A stretch of 64,000 bases of DNA from an uncultured Chloroflexia bacterium. Its GTDB lineage: Bacteria > Chloroflexota > Limnocylindria > Limnocylindrales > CSP1-4. Position numbers and translations under genes: made by a program. This document shows positions 1-9,693 of this stretch, piece by piece; positions within the stretch are counted from its first letter, which is position 1, and each line of letters begins with the position of its first letter. The stretch covers positions 13,064 to 77,063 of the forward strand of contig CAWFJD010000017.1 in assembly GCA_963816135.1 (NCBI GenBank), written 5' to 3'. The notes under the pieces were generated by a model. The model was not told the origin of the DNA, searched no databases, and worked only from the letters and a program-made list of their open reading frames with translations.

Positions 1-47
1 ACGACATCCTCGAAGGTCTCGTCCGTTACTGCTTTGACTTCGGCCAT
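1..47 (-). CDS. thioredoxin, N-terminal 15 codons only (gene runs off the left edge)
   Basis: The reverse complement of 3-47 reads ATG GCC GAA GTC AAA GCA GTA ACG GAC GAG ACC TTC GAG GAT GTC = MAEVKAVTDETFEDV, the usual thioredoxin N-terminus. GGAGAAAGGA (59-68, - strand) is a Shine-Dalgarno 11 nt upstream. The fragment is too short for certainty. Confidence 0.45.
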   Translation of the reverse strand, partial: MAEVKAVTDETFEDV

Positions 48-103
48 CTGATTGATGGTCCTTTCTCCGTGGTTCGGTTCTGTGGGACGTCGCGAGGATA
101 CGG

Positions 104-397
104 TCAGCCCGCGATGGACTCCAGCAATCGACACGCCTCGAGGATCCGCTGGTCCGCGAGTCGATAGAAGATAGCGTTGCCGTCTCTCCTCGTCAGGACG
201 AGTCCGGAGTTCCGCAGGACGGCAAGGTGTTGGCTCATGTTCGGCACGTGGCACCCGACGGTGTCGGACAGCTCATGCACCGAAAGCTCGCCGTTGGCGA
301 GCGACTGGAGGACGCAGAGCCGCTTCGGATCGGACAGGGCCTTCGCCACAGCCGCCGATCGTTGCCTGATCGCTTCCAGATCTCCAACTTCGAGCAT
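104..397 (-). CDS. ArsR/SmtB-family winged-HTH transcriptional regulator
   Basis: Intact 97-aa ORF. CVLQSLANGELSVHELSDTVGCHVPNMSQHLAVLRNSGLVLTRRDGNAIFYRL is the ArsR HTH signature. It lies directly upstream of, and co-oriented with, the thioredoxin fragment. Confidence 0.9.
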   Translation of the reverse strand: MLEVGDLEAIRQRSAAVAKALSDPKRLCVLQSLANGELSVHELSDTVGCHVPNMSQHLAVLRNSGLVLTRRDGNAIFYRLADQRILEACRLLESIAG

Positions 398-476
398 GCG
401 GCAACTCTACACCAGCTTGCGCAAAGACGCAACTAGATTTCGCCGCCGGAGGCGCCCCGGACTCGCGGCGCCCGTG

Positions 477-1151
477 TCACCCAGCACGAGGAACCGAATA
501 GACGGCCGAGTCCTTGACCTCGGACTCCTCGAGCTCCCGGGTCGTGTGGATTCGATAGGTAGCCAGCCGCGTGAGGTCGTCGGGCAGGTAGTTGCGCCCG
601 GGATCGCCGAGGAGGACGCGCACGCCGCCCGCGGCCGCCGATCGAAGCCATTCGATCGTTCGGGAGGCCATCGTTTCCTCGTAGCAGACGTCGCCGGCAA
701 GGATGACGTCGACGTCGTCGCGGCCGGGCGGGGGACCGTCGAGCGGGTCCGTCAGGCTGAAGGCGACCCGGACGTCGTTGGCGCGGGCGTTGAGAACGAC
801 TGCCGCCGCGGACAGGGGATCGACGTCGAAGGCATGGACCGATGCCGCGCCGAGTCTCGCCGCGACGATGCCGCACAATCCCGACCCCGACGCGATGTCC
901 ACGACTCGCCGGCCCTCCACTACTTCCGGATGCTCGGTCAGATAGCGACACAGGGCCAGACCGCCGGCCCAGGCGAAGGCCCAGAACGGGAGCGGCGGAT
1001 CGGATTGGCCCAGTTCCGCGGCGGCCAGGTGCCAGACGACCGTAACGTCCGGAGCTGTGTGGAGCTCCATGCCGGGCAGGTCCGGGACGGGCCGCAGCTC
1101 GGTGTTGCGCCGGACGAACGCCCGAAGGTTCGCCGGGGAAGGCTTGCTCAC
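477..1151 (-). CDS. class I SAM-dependent methyltransferase
   Basis: Intact 224-aa ORF. Motif I/post-I is VVDIASGSGLCGIVAARLGAASVHAFDVDP, followed by DVILAGDVCYE, typical of small protein/N-methyltransferase-like Rossmann MTases. Confidence 0.85.
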   Translation of the reverse strand: MSKPSPANLRAFVRRNTELRPVPDLPGMELHTAPDVTVVWHLAAAELGQSDPPLPFWAFAWAGGLALCRYLTEHPEVVEGRRVVDIASGSGLCGIVAARLGAASVHAFDVDPLSAAAVVLNARANDVRVAFSLTDPLDGPPPGRDDVDVILAGDVCYEETMASRTIEWLRSAAAGGVRVLLGDPGRNYLPDDLTRLATYRIHTTRELEESEVKDSAVYSVPRAG

Positions 1152-1160
1152 CTCCGAAGG

Positions 1161-1649
1161 CTAACGCGGACCTGTCGCCGTGCCACTCCGACTCGCGGGC
1201 TGGGCCGGCCGTAGGCGCCAGGCCAGTCCGGCGGCGACCGCGATGAGCGCCGCGGCGGCCAGCAGGCCGGCCGCCGTCAGCTCGACGCCGCCCAGGCCCA
1301 GTCGCCCGAAGTCGATCTCGGGGATCACGGCCAGGACGACGCCGGCCGCCACGAGCGCCACGATCGTCGCCGCTCGACGGGCGTAGATCCGGCGGGCGTC
1401 TCCGCCGCCAACCTTGAAGTCGACGGACCAGTACGCGAGCTCCGCGACCGCGAGGAGCCAGCCGCCGGCGAGTGGGGTCAGTGGACGCCACGGGCCGGAC
1501 GATGGCAGCGCCACCAGGAATGCGGCTCCGAGTAACCCCAGCGCCAGCAGAATGGGACTGGGATGCGGGATCGCCAGGGCGAGCGCGAGGACTGCCAGGC
1601 CGCCGCCGCCAAGAACGCCCGGGATGAGCCAGCCCGAGTGGCTGGCCAT
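1161..1649 (-). CDS. hypothetical polytopic membrane protein
   Basis: 162-aa ORF with 4-5 hydrophobic helices (LAVLALALAIP..., ILLALGLLGAAFLVAL..., IVALVAAGVVLAVI..., LLAAAALIAVAAGLA). It is tightly packed between the DUF58 and methyltransferase genes. No family recognised. Confidence 0.55.
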   Translation of the reverse strand: MASHSGWLIPGVLGGGGLAVLALALAIPHPSPILLALGLLGAAFLVALPSSGPWRPLTPLAGGWLLAVAELAYWSVDFKVGGGDARRIYARRAATIVALVAAGVVLAVIPEIDFGRLGLGGVELTAAGLLAAAALIAVAAGLAWRLRPAQPASRSGTATGPR

Positions 1650-1769
1650 GGAGACCGGCGAGGTGGCGTCCGTTCCGGCGACGGTCGAGACGATGGCGAA
1701 GGCCCCGGCGCCGGCGAGGGCAGAGTGGCGGTCGACAGAGCCGTGGTGTGGCCGTTGGCCGCCTCGCGA

Positions 1770-3113
1770 TCAGGCGTGGAGCCATTGGTCCCGCCTTCCG
1801 AATTGCCGCGCCTCGGCCATCGGCCCGGCCAGAGGCTCGCCGGGACTCCATTGGACGAGCGGCACTCCGAGACTCCGGTAGCGAAGCCGGGTTGCGTTCC
1901 TCTCGAGCTGCCAGAGGCGTCGGGCGAGTTGAGCGGCCTCGTGGGCGCCCGGAACGGCGAATCTCTCGGCCATGACCTCCACGACGACGAGATCGAAGCC
2001 ACGGGCCCGCAGATCGATGAGTGAATCCACGACGCGCGAGTCGACGAGGGGCGTGAGGGCGACGATCAGCGACTTGGGCGGCAACGTTCGAGGCGGGATC
2101 ACGTCGATGCCGCGCCAGACATGGCTGACGATGACCTCCGAATTGATCAGGGAATCCACGATCTTGTAGATCTGGCGCGTGCCCATGGCCGGCAGCAGCC
2201 AGCGCAGCATGCCGCCAAAGCCGATCACGCCGACGCGATCGCGGCGGCCAAGGTAGTACTCGGCGAGCGAGGTCGCGGCCCGGACGGCGTAGTCCAGGGT
2301 TCCTTCGCCGGTCCCTTCGCCGCCGTCGCGGATGTCGGTGAACAGGTCCAGGAAGATCACGACGTCGATGTTCCGCTCGGGATGCATCTCGTTGATATGG
2401 AGCGTCCCCGTCCGAGTGCTCAGCCGCCAGTTGATCCGGCGGGGACGATCGCCGGCGATGTAGGGCCGGATGTCCGCGAACTCGGTGCCGTCGCCGGCCG
2501 CGCGGGACAGTTCGTTGCCGCCGAACATCTGGGTCTCCGCCGCGGACGTGCCTTTTTGCAGCGTCTCGGGCCGGGGGTAGACGCGCAGCATCTGCTGCGA
2601 TTCGACGGCGCCTTCGAAGCGGAAGAAACCGAGCTCGTCGTGAGCACGAATCAGAAGGCGCGGCATGGGGATGACGCCCCATCTCGACGGGGTCAGGGTT
2701 GTGCGCACCGTTGTCGGCGAGCCCGCCGCCAGGGCTATGCCGACGACATCGCCGTGCGCGGCCGTGGAGGCGACGGCGCCGGTCGGCTCGGCGCCTGCGG
2801 AATCGGCGGCGCCCGCGGCCACGGCGAGGTTGGCGGGAAGCGGCCAGGCAAGCTGGAGCCACGGCACGGCCGCGTCGGAGTCGAGCGTCACCGAGACCTC
2901 GACGTTCTCGCCTTCGAGAAGCCGGTCCCGATCGACTTCCACGGTCGCCTCGATCCGAGGCGGCTCGACGAGCGCCAGACCGACGAGCACGGCCACGATG
3001 AACGGCAGGCCCAAGACGGCGGCCTCGGGATATCCCCAGATCAAGGCCACGAGGACGCCGGCCGATCCGAGCCCGGCGTAGGCGGCGAGCTTTGGCGACG
3101 CGGTGAGGGTCAC
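1770..3113 (-). CDS. DUF58 domain-containing protein (MoxR partner)
   Basis: Intact 447-aa ORF with an N-terminal TM pair. The core is FADIRPYIAGDRPRRINWRLSTRTGTLHINEMHPERNIDVVIFLDL, characteristic of DUF58. It lies 25 nt downstream of the MoxR gene. Confidence 0.9.
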   Translation of the reverse strand: MTLTASPKLAAYAGLGSAGVLVALIWGYPEAAVLGLPFIVAVLVGLALVEPPRIEATVEVDRDRLLEGENVEVSVTLDSDAAVPWLQLAWPLPANLAVAAGAADSAGAEPTGAVASTAAHGDVVGIALAAGSPTTVRTTLTPSRWGVIPMPRLLIRAHDELGFFRFEGAVESQQMLRVYPRPETLQKGTSAAETQMFGGNELSRAAGDGTEFADIRPYIAGDRPRRINWRLSTRTGTLHINEMHPERNIDVVIFLDLFTDIRDGGEGTGEGTLDYAVRAATSLAEYYLGRRDRVGVIGFGGMLRWLLPAMGTRQIYKIVDSLINSEVIVSHVWRGIDVIPPRTLPPKSLIVALTPLVDSRVVDSLIDLRARGFDLVVVEVMAERFAVPGAHEAAQLARRLWQLERNATRLRYRSLGVPLVQWSPGEPLAGPMAEARQFGRRDQWLHA

Positions 3114-3137
3114 GGGCGGGAGATGCCTTCGTGCCGA

Positions 3138-4349
3138 TCACTTCGTCGGTTGTCCCTGGCGCGGCCGGACCGCGTCCTCGGCGCGAGGCGTCGGCACCGA
3201 CTCGAGGACGCGCCGGACCAGGTCTTCGGTCCTGATGCGCTGGACCCAGACCTCGGGCTTGAGCATGATCCGGTGCGATAGCGCCGGGATCGCGACGGCC
3301 TTGATGTCCTCGGGCACGACGAAGTCGCGGCCGGCCATGACGGCCCGGGACCGCGCCAGCTTGAAGAGGGCGAGCGAGCCGCGCGGGCTTGCGCCCACCT
3401 GGACGAGAGAACTGGATCGCGTGGCCGCGACCAGGTCCACGATGTAGGCCGAGATGCTCGGCGAGACGAAGACGCTCTCCGTCACGCCCTGCATCCAGCG
3501 CAGCGTGTCGGCGTCGACGATCTGGTCGAGGGCGAGGTCGTCGCTGCGCCGGTCGGCCCGCCGCTGGAGCATCTCGATCTCGTGGTCGCGCTCTGGGTGG
3601 CCGACGGAGATCCGGATCAGGAAGCGGTCGAGCTGGGCCTCGGGGAGGGGATACGTCCCCTCGGCCTCGATCGGGTTCTGGGTGGCGATCACCAGGAACG
3701 GCGGCTCGAGCGGGCGGGTCGTTCCTTCGACGGTAACCTGGCGCTCCTGCATCGCCTCGAGCAGGGCGGCCTGGGTCTTGGCCGGAGCTCGGTTGATCTC
3801 GTCGCCGAGCAGCAGGTTCGCGAAGACCGGGCCCGGCCGGAACGTGAAGTCGCCGGTCCGCTGGTCGTAGATGCCCGCGCCCGTGACGTCGGAGGGCATC
3901 AGGTCCGGGGTGAACTGGATGCGGGCGAACCGGAGCCCCACGGCCTGGGCGAAGGAGCGGGCCATCAGCGTCTTGGCCAGGCCCGGCAGATCCTCGATGA
4001 GGACGTGGCCGTCGGACAGGAGGGCCAGCAGCACGAGCTCGACCACCGGCCGCTTGCCGACGACGACGCGGCCGATCTCGTCCACGACCTTGCCGCCGAG
4101 CTCGGCCACTCGCCGGACGTCCGCGGGCGCCGGCAGCGGATTGGTGACGGCGAGGGCAGGCTCGACCACCGGCGCCGCAGACCGGGCAGCCGCGATCGAC
4201 GACGGCGCGGCGCCGCTCGAACCGGGGCGTTCCTCGGCCGTCGCGGGCCGTCGGTAGCGGTCGTTGCCGGCCTCGACGGCGGCTCGCACGTCCTCGTCTT
4301 CCGTGCCGATCTGATTCGAGGCCTCCCCCAGGCCGTCCTTGTCGTTCAC
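3138..4349 (-). CDS. MoxR-family AAA+ ATPase
   Basis: Intact 403-aa ORF with a GTG start. HVLIEDLPGLAKTLMARSFAQAVGLRFARIQFTPDLMPSDVTG and FLVIATQNPIEAEGTYPLPEAQLDRF match the AAA_3/MoxR core. Confidence 0.95.
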   Translation of the reverse strand: MNDKDGLGEASNQIGTEDEDVRAAVEAGNDRYRRPATAEERPGSSGAAPSSIAAARSAAPVVEPALAVTNPLPAPADVRRVAELGGKVVDEIGRVVVGKRPVVELVLLALLSDGHVLIEDLPGLAKTLMARSFAQAVGLRFARIQFTPDLMPSDVTGAGIYDQRTGDFTFRPGPVFANLLLGDEINRAPAKTQAALLEAMQERQVTVEGTTRPLEPPFLVIATQNPIEAEGTYPLPEAQLDRFLIRISVGHPERDHEIEMLQRRADRRSDDLALDQIVDADTLRWMQGVTESVFVSPSISAYIVDLVAATRSSSLVQVGASPRGSLALFKLARSRAVMAGRDFVVPEDIKAVAIPALSHRIMLKPEVWVQRIRTEDLVRRVLESVPTPRAEDAVRPRQGQPTK

Positions 4350-5012
4350 AGTGCCTCCAGCAGCTCGATCGCGTGTTCGATGGTCGTGCGCGGGATCCCG
4401 CGGCGGTGACTGCCGCGGCCCCGTTGAGGATTGGGTGTAGTAGCGCTCGGCGGTGCTCCGGTGCTCGGCGCCACATCGGCCGGCTGCGACCCGGTGCGGG
4501 ATCTGCCGGACCGTAGGCCCCCGGCCCGACGAGCGCCCACAGCTCCTCGCCGAGGATTCGACGAGCCGCCTCCGGCTGCGACTCCATGTCCACCTGGTGG
4601 CGTTCGAGGAGTCGCGCCGACGCGATCAGCCGCAGGAGGGGTCGAAGCCGATGCTCCACGCCGCTCCAGCTCCACTCGGCGTCGAGGATGATCGACTCCT
4701 TCTCGATGACGTCGGCGATGCGGGACGGTGGTTCGAGCGGCCTGTCGCGCACCGAGTCGAAAGCGGATCGGACCGGGCGTCGGGAGGGCCGAGGCGAGCA
4801 CCCGCCAGCAAAACCACAGCGCGAGCCCGCCGACGGCCAGCAGCCAGGCGTTGACCGCGAGGCTTCGGCTGCCTTCGAAGGCCGCGAGTGCGATGCCGAG
4901 GCCCATGCTGGCGAGGACGCGCAAAGAACACCGGCGGCGCGGCCAGCCGAAGGATCAGGCCCGCTGTCGAATGGCCTTCCTGGTGCGAGCGCCGGCGTGG
5001 TGAACGCCGCAT
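4346..5012 (-). pseudogene. hypothetical membrane protein, frame disrupted as assembled (3 or more shifts)
   Basis: Fragments in three - strand frames join sensibly. They are MRRSPRRRSHQEGHSTAGLILRLAAPPVFF, then RVLASMGLGIALAAFEGSRSLAVNAWLLAVGGLALWFCW (TM helices), then IADVIEKESIILDAEWSWSGVEHRLRPLLRLIASARLLERHQVDMESQPEAARRILGEELWAL, then ...TTIEHAIELLEAL. The stop overlaps the MoxR GTG (GTGA). No family recognised. Confidence 0.35.
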
Positions 5013-5073
5013 CACCGCCCCGTGTCGGGCGTGGGGCGGCCGGCACTTCGATGCTGGAACGACGGCATCGCGC

Positions 5074-5950
5074 TCATGCCTGCAGATCCGCGCGGAGGCG
5101 CTGGACCGACTCGACCGCCACTCCTCGCATCTCCGGAGTGACGGGATGCTCGCTGAACCGGGCGACCTGGTAGAGGCCCGACGAGCCGGTCGAGGTCGCC
5201 GGCCCGCGCCGGGGCGATGCGCAACACGCGAGTCAGGTATTCCGTGGGCGCCTCGGCCGGCCTGCGGGCCCAGCCCTGGCGCGCCATCGCTCGCTCCATG
5301 GCCACATACGCGGCGATGACGGCGCGGCGTGGATCGCTCTCGCCGAGCAGCGCCCCGAGCCCCTCGTCGAGGATCGTGGCCGCGCCCTCGGCAGCCACGG
5401 GCGGCAGCGCCGGCGCGATGCGCTTGCGGAAGAAGGCCCTCGCGACCAGAGCCGCCACGACGGCGACGACGACGCAGGCGATCATCAGACCGAGGTCGCC
5501 GCCGTCTGTCGGCGCCGACGAGGGATCGATCGGCGAGGTGTTCGGCAGGTTCGGCGTGAAGGGCGTGGCGTCCCGGCCGTTGGCCCACATTCGGATCATC
5601 ACCACTATGGCCAGGACGAAGATGGGAAGCAGGACGCGCACGACCGCGGGAACCCGTGTCTTCTTCTGATTCGGATCCTCGATCGCGGCTCCCCTGGCCC
5701 AGGCGCCGATGAAGTTGCGGCCTACGAGGAGGCCGATGCCGCCGGCGACCACGAGCAGGAGCAGGACGGACAGGCCCCCGATCTCGGGCGCCGAGAGCGA
5801 AACGTCGGCAGCATGGGGCCGGCTCGCCGAACCGATCGCCAGGGCCGCGACGGCAACGAGGCCGCCGATGGCCGCCAGCCGGAGGAACCGCGGCGACTTC
5901 GACTCGCGCGGGACCGCGTCGCCATCAGGCAGGCCATTCCGACCGGGCAA
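5074..5950 (-). pseudogene. DUF4129 domain-containing membrane protein, one frameshift near 5177
   Basis: The 5012..5950 ORF carries TM helices and DPRRAVIAAYVAMERAMARQGWARRPAEAPTEYLTRVL (DUF4129 core). After DLDRLVG the family C-terminus LYQVARFSEHPVTPEMRGVAVESVQRLRADLQA-stop (stop at 5074-5076) continues in another frame. Removing one base of a 3-nt G/C run restores it. Confidence 0.75.
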
Positions 5951-6138
5951 GCGAACCCTCCGTCCGAGGATCGGGCTGATGTTCCGGCCTTCCCCGAAGC
6001 CAAAACATGGAAGCCAAGGGCAAAGGCAAGCATAACAAGGCGGCTCCGAGAGAAGCCGCCACCTTCGTCACGCTCCGCCACGTCCGGAGCCGGCGGAAGC
6101 GGCATCCAAAGCGTGCCCGAGGCGGCTACGATGCGTCG

Positions 6139-7942
6139 ATGGACGACGACGGCGGCTTCGGCGGAACTGGCGACGGCGGGTCTAGAGGAGGGTCCGGGCA
6201 GGTCCGAGGGGCCGGACTCGGAGGCTCGCGCGACGCACGCGACCCACGGCTCGCAGGATTGGGCGGGGCGGGCGGCATTGGCGCAGGGGCCATGGGCCCC
6301 GCCCAGCTCGCGGGCCTGGCCGGCCTGCTGGGGCTCGAAGGGACGCAAGGCGACGCTCGCGACAAGCGAGGCCCGAGGATCGGCGGAGTCGACGCTCGCG
6401 ACGTCCGGTCCATTACCGGCCGGGACGCGACGGCCCGCGACGGCGCCGCCGCCAAGACTGAGGCGATCGAGCTTCGCGGCGAAGCCCGACTCGCCGGGCC
6501 GGACACGGTCGTCCGAACCTGCCACGCTCGTCATCGATGGGACCGGCCTGACCCTCGAAATCGGCTCGGGACGACCGATCCGAGCCGGCTTTCGCGACGT
6601 CAGCCTGATCGCGATCCAGCAATCGACCGTCCTGCTCGTGCTTGGCGAAGGCGCGGACTCCATGCGCTTCCTGCTCGAGCGCTTCGGCGACAAGCTGGGG
6701 CCGATGGTCCGCCTGCTGCGCGAGTTGCGCCTCAAGCAGCGCCTTACCGATGGCCTCGTGGAAGTGCCCGATGCCCCGGCCGAGCTGATGGAGTTCGCCT
6801 GGCAGCCCACCGGCAGCCCGCTCGGCCCCGGCCCGGACGGTCCCTCGGCGCTCGCCTCGGGTGTCGGCCAGTTCGTGGTCCAGCCGTGGGGCTTCGTCGT
6901 CTGCCCTCTCGACGAGCGTCTGCCCTGGATCCATTACCGGCGGGCGTCCATTTCGACGGTGAAGGTCCCGCAGCCGGGCGAAGTGATCGTCGACGGAACG
7001 CCCGGCACGCTGACGTTGCGAGGCCTGGGCTCCGCGTCGACACGCCTTCGCGACCGGCTGCAGAAACTCCGAGACGGTGCCTTCGCCGACGCGTCGGGTT
7101 TCGTGGAGCAGCTCATGCCCGACGCGCCGTTCGGAGTTCGCCAGAAGGCCGCGGATTCGCTCGTCGACGGACGCCCGGTCCGGCCGGAGGTCTTCGGCGA
7201 CGCGGGTTGGCCCATCATCGAGACGGCCGTTCTCGGGGAGCCAACTTTCGCCGAGAGCTATCAGTCTTTGTGCGCGACGGGCGGTCCCGCGGCACCGCGC
7301 TGGGTGGCCATGTCGCCGGAGCAGCCGGGCGGGACCACTCCCAAGATCTGGTTCCTGGTCGCCATGCCGGGCAATCTCGTTGCCCTGGAATTGGTGACGG
7401 CGGGGGCTCACGCCACGTACTTCTACCGCGTGATGCCGCGCGCCCAGTACCGGGGCGAGCCGCCGGAAAAGCTCGGCATCGCGGCCGAACAGGCGGTCCG
7501 GGACATCTCCGAGGCGCTGGTGGACTGCCGCTTCCTGCGCGAGCCCATGGCTCTCCCGGACGAGCAATTGCGGCTGCCGAAGTACCTGCGCTACCGGCTC
7601 GCTCTGGCGGTCCTGCCGAGTCTGGCCTGGGCCCGAGGCCGCTTCGTCGCCCGAGTCGTGCACAAGGATCCGGCAAGCTGGTCCGGAGCCGTCGCCGATC
7701 TCATCCGCTGGCATTCGACTGCCACCGACGAAGCGGCGGTCTGGCCCGGCCGGGCGGCCCAGGAGAAGGCCGTGCTGGTCGCCGGCGGTGAAGCTCCCGA
7801 CGACGGCGACACCGAATTCCGGGGCCGAAGCCGAGTGAGGCGGCCGACGCGGCAGTCGGCCAGGACGCCTCGTCCGGCCGGCGGACTTCACCCAGACTCG
7901 GCATCCGACACAAGTTCGAAGCCTTCAGGCAGCCTCGGCTGA
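6139..7942 (+). pseudogene. hypothetical protein (about 600 aa); probable frameshift near 6515, start uncertain
   Basis: From about 6520 the 5813..7942 frame is convincingly coding (TLVIDGTGLTLEIGSGRPIRAGFRDVSLIAIQQSTVLLVLGEG...FLVAMPGNLVALELVTAGAHATYFYRVMPRAQYRGEPPEKLGIAAEQAVRDISEAL). Upstream of that point the 6007 frame has the better codon usage and sequence (MDDDGGFGG...VDARDVRSITGRDATARDGAAAKTEAIELRGEARLAGPDTVVRT). An unshifted alternative start is the ATG at 6131. No family recognised. Confidence 0.45.
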
Positions 7943-7954
7943 CAGGAGAGAACC

Positions 7955-8380
7955 GTGCCCACCTTCAAGCACCCGTGTCCCTACTGCGGCAAGTTCATCG
8001 ACCGTGCGGCCGCGGCTTGCCCCTACTGCGGACAGGCGGACCCGTTCGCTCCCAAGCGGTGCCAGAACTGCCGCAAGATCGTCGAGGACCCGGATTGGGT
8101 CACCTGCCCTTCGTGCGGGCAATCGCTCGTGACACCGCCGCCGGCGACCGCCGCAACTCCAGGCACGGCTGCCAAACCGGCTCCGACCGCGGCCGCCGGA
8201 TCGGCTCCCGCTTCGGCCTCCGCTGCCGTTGAGGCCGCGCCTCAGCCACGGCCGCCACTCTATAAAGATCCCGACGTTCCGGCATCTGGCCCCGTGGCTG
8301 CGGGCAAGTGCTCCGGCTGCGGAGCGCCGATGCCCGCCGGCGCTCGTTTCTGCACCGTCTGCGGAACCATGGCGGGGTAG
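7955..8380 (+). CDS. zinc-ribbon domain-containing protein
   Basis: Intact 141-aa ORF with a GTG start 5 nt after AGGAGAG. It has three CxxC...CxxC ribbons (CPYCGKF...CPYCGQ; CQNCRKI...CPSCGQ; CSGCGAP...CTVCGT) separated by an Ala/Pro linker. Confidence 0.8.
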   Translation: MPTFKHPCPYCGKFIDRAAAACPYCGQADPFAPKRCQNCRKIVEDPDWVTCPSCGQSLVTPPPATAATPGTAAKPAPTAAAGSAPASASAAVEAAPQPRPPLYKDPDVPASGPVAAGKCSGCGAPMPAGARFCTVCGTMAG

Positions 8381-8382
8381 TT

Positions 8383-8773
8383 CGGGGTTTCGAGCCGGCT
8401 CCTGCGCCTGCCGTTTTCCGACGTCTGACGTCGATCTCGAGCCGGCCGGTCGCAAGGCGACGTCCAACGTCGCTATGGGCCCCGACGCCCGCCGTTCTCC
8501 GACGCCTGACGTCGATTTCGTGCCGGCCGCTCGCATTAGCGACGTCCAACGTCGCTATCGGCCCCGCCGCCCGCCGTTCTCCGACGCCTGGACGTCGCTT
8601 TCGAGCCGGCCGGTCGCATGGCAACGTCCAACGTCGCTATGGGCCCCGACGCCCGCCGTTCTCCGACGCCTGACGTCGCTATCGGCCACGGCGCCTGCCG
8701 TTCTCCGACGCCTGACGTCGATTTCGAGCCGGCCGGTCGCAAGGCGACGTCCAACGTCGCTATCGTCCCCGCC
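8383..8773. repeat. tandem array of an 81-82-bp hairpin-rich unit (3 full and 1 internally deleted copies, a 5th full copy, and a partial lead-in)
   Basis: Units lie at 8406-8486, 8487-8568, 8569-8650, 8651-8692 (42 bp, deleted between two GACGTCG repeats) and 8693-8773. The consensus is GCCCGCCGTTCTCCGACGCCTGACGTCGATTTCGAGCCGGCCGGTCGCAAGGCGACGTCCAACGTCGCTATSGSCCCCGMC. Unit lengths are not multiples of 3, and the array sits between convergent genes. Confidence 0.9.
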
Positions 8774-8993
8774 GCGCCCGAAGGCAATGCCTGGACGCGC
8801 TCACGCTCAAGGCATGGGAGGCCAAGCGGGTCGAGAATCAAGACGCCGAGCGCGCCGCCTACGGTTTTGCCACCGATCAAACGAAAGGTGCCTACGGACC
8901 ACGCAAAGCCCAAGGCCCTGACTCCTGCGGAGCCCGATCCCGCCCGGGGAACTGGATCACCCGAGCGAGGACTTATGACGCTCGAACCGATCG

Positions 8994-9491
8994 CTAGATC
9001 GGCAACCAGGACGGCCACCACGGTGGCACCGTTCCAGGGCAGATGCCGGGCTCATCACGGTGGAAGGGCGACGAGTCGGTCTGCGGCAGTAGCCAGACAA
9101 ACCAGAGATAGGCCACGACCAGCGCGGCGAGGAAAGCGACAACTGGACCAAGGTTGGGCCAGCGGCGTCGCAACGATATGTCGAGCAGGGCGAAGATGAT
9201 CCAGCTCGAGGCCAATACCGCCGGCGAGGTAATCCCCAGTCGGAGGCCCTGAACCAGGGAAGCGCCCGCCTGGCAGTCGGCCCAGGCTTTCGACAGCAAC
9301 TGCCACCACAAGAACGTCAAGCACGCCGCAACTACCAGTCCGCCCAGGCAGCCGCGTGCGACGGGGTGGCTTGACGGAGAGGCCGACGGGCGACTTGGGT
9401 CCGTCAGGTTGTCGTCCGCATCAGAGCCTTCTGGACCATCGCCCAGGTCGGTCGCTGTCTTGAGTTGATCGCGCTTGCCTGCGTGGTCCAT
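8994..9491 (-). CDS. hypothetical membrane protein
   Basis: 165-aa ORF with an acidic N-terminus followed by four hydrophobic segments (LGGLVVAACLTFLWWQLL, VLASSWIIFALLDI, LGPVVAFLAALVVAYLWFVWLL). No family recognised. Confidence 0.5.
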   Translation of the reverse strand: MDHAGKRDQLKTATDLGDGPEGSDADDNLTDPSRPSASPSSHPVARGCLGGLVVAACLTFLWWQLLSKAWADCQAGASLVQGLRLGITSPAVLASSWIIFALLDISLRRRWPNLGPVVAFLAALVVAYLWFVWLLPQTDSSPFHRDEPGICPGTVPPWWPSWLPI

Positions 9492-9562
9492 GTCCCCTCA
9501 GCAGCCCTGGTCGAGCACAGGCTAGCAAGGGTGTCTGACTGGGGCAGTCGGTTATCCGACAG

Positions 9563-9604
9563 GCAAATCAAAAGCAAGACCCACCCAACGAGTGGGTGGG
9601 TCTT
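9563..9604 (-). terminator. Rho-independent terminator downstream of the 9694..10314 gene
   Basis: A 12-bp perfect stem, AAGACCCACCCA (9576-9587) pairing with TGGGTGGGTCTT (9593-9604), with a 5-nt loop. On the - strand it is followed by GCTTTTGATTTG. Confidence 0.7.
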
Positions 9605-9693
9605 ACGGTTGCCATCTGGCTTCCGGGCAAGTTCACGGTCCTTACGATCGGGCGTTTGCCGGGGCCGCAGAGCTTCGACGATGAACCCGAGCG

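Noticed and set aside
433-5046. A 1537-aa ORF on the - strand, the longest in the track; likewise 177..1214(+).
   Set aside because: It is Arg/Pro/Gly/Ala-rich junk with no motifs. It runs out of frame across five well-supported genes (methyltransferase, DUF58, MoxR and others). It is the typical stop-codon-poor alternative frame of very GC-rich DNA.
8383-8773. A possible CRISPR array.
   Set aside because: There are no unique spacers, because the whole 81-82-bp unit repeats head to tail. No cas genes are present in the window, and the unit is much longer than a CRISPR repeat.
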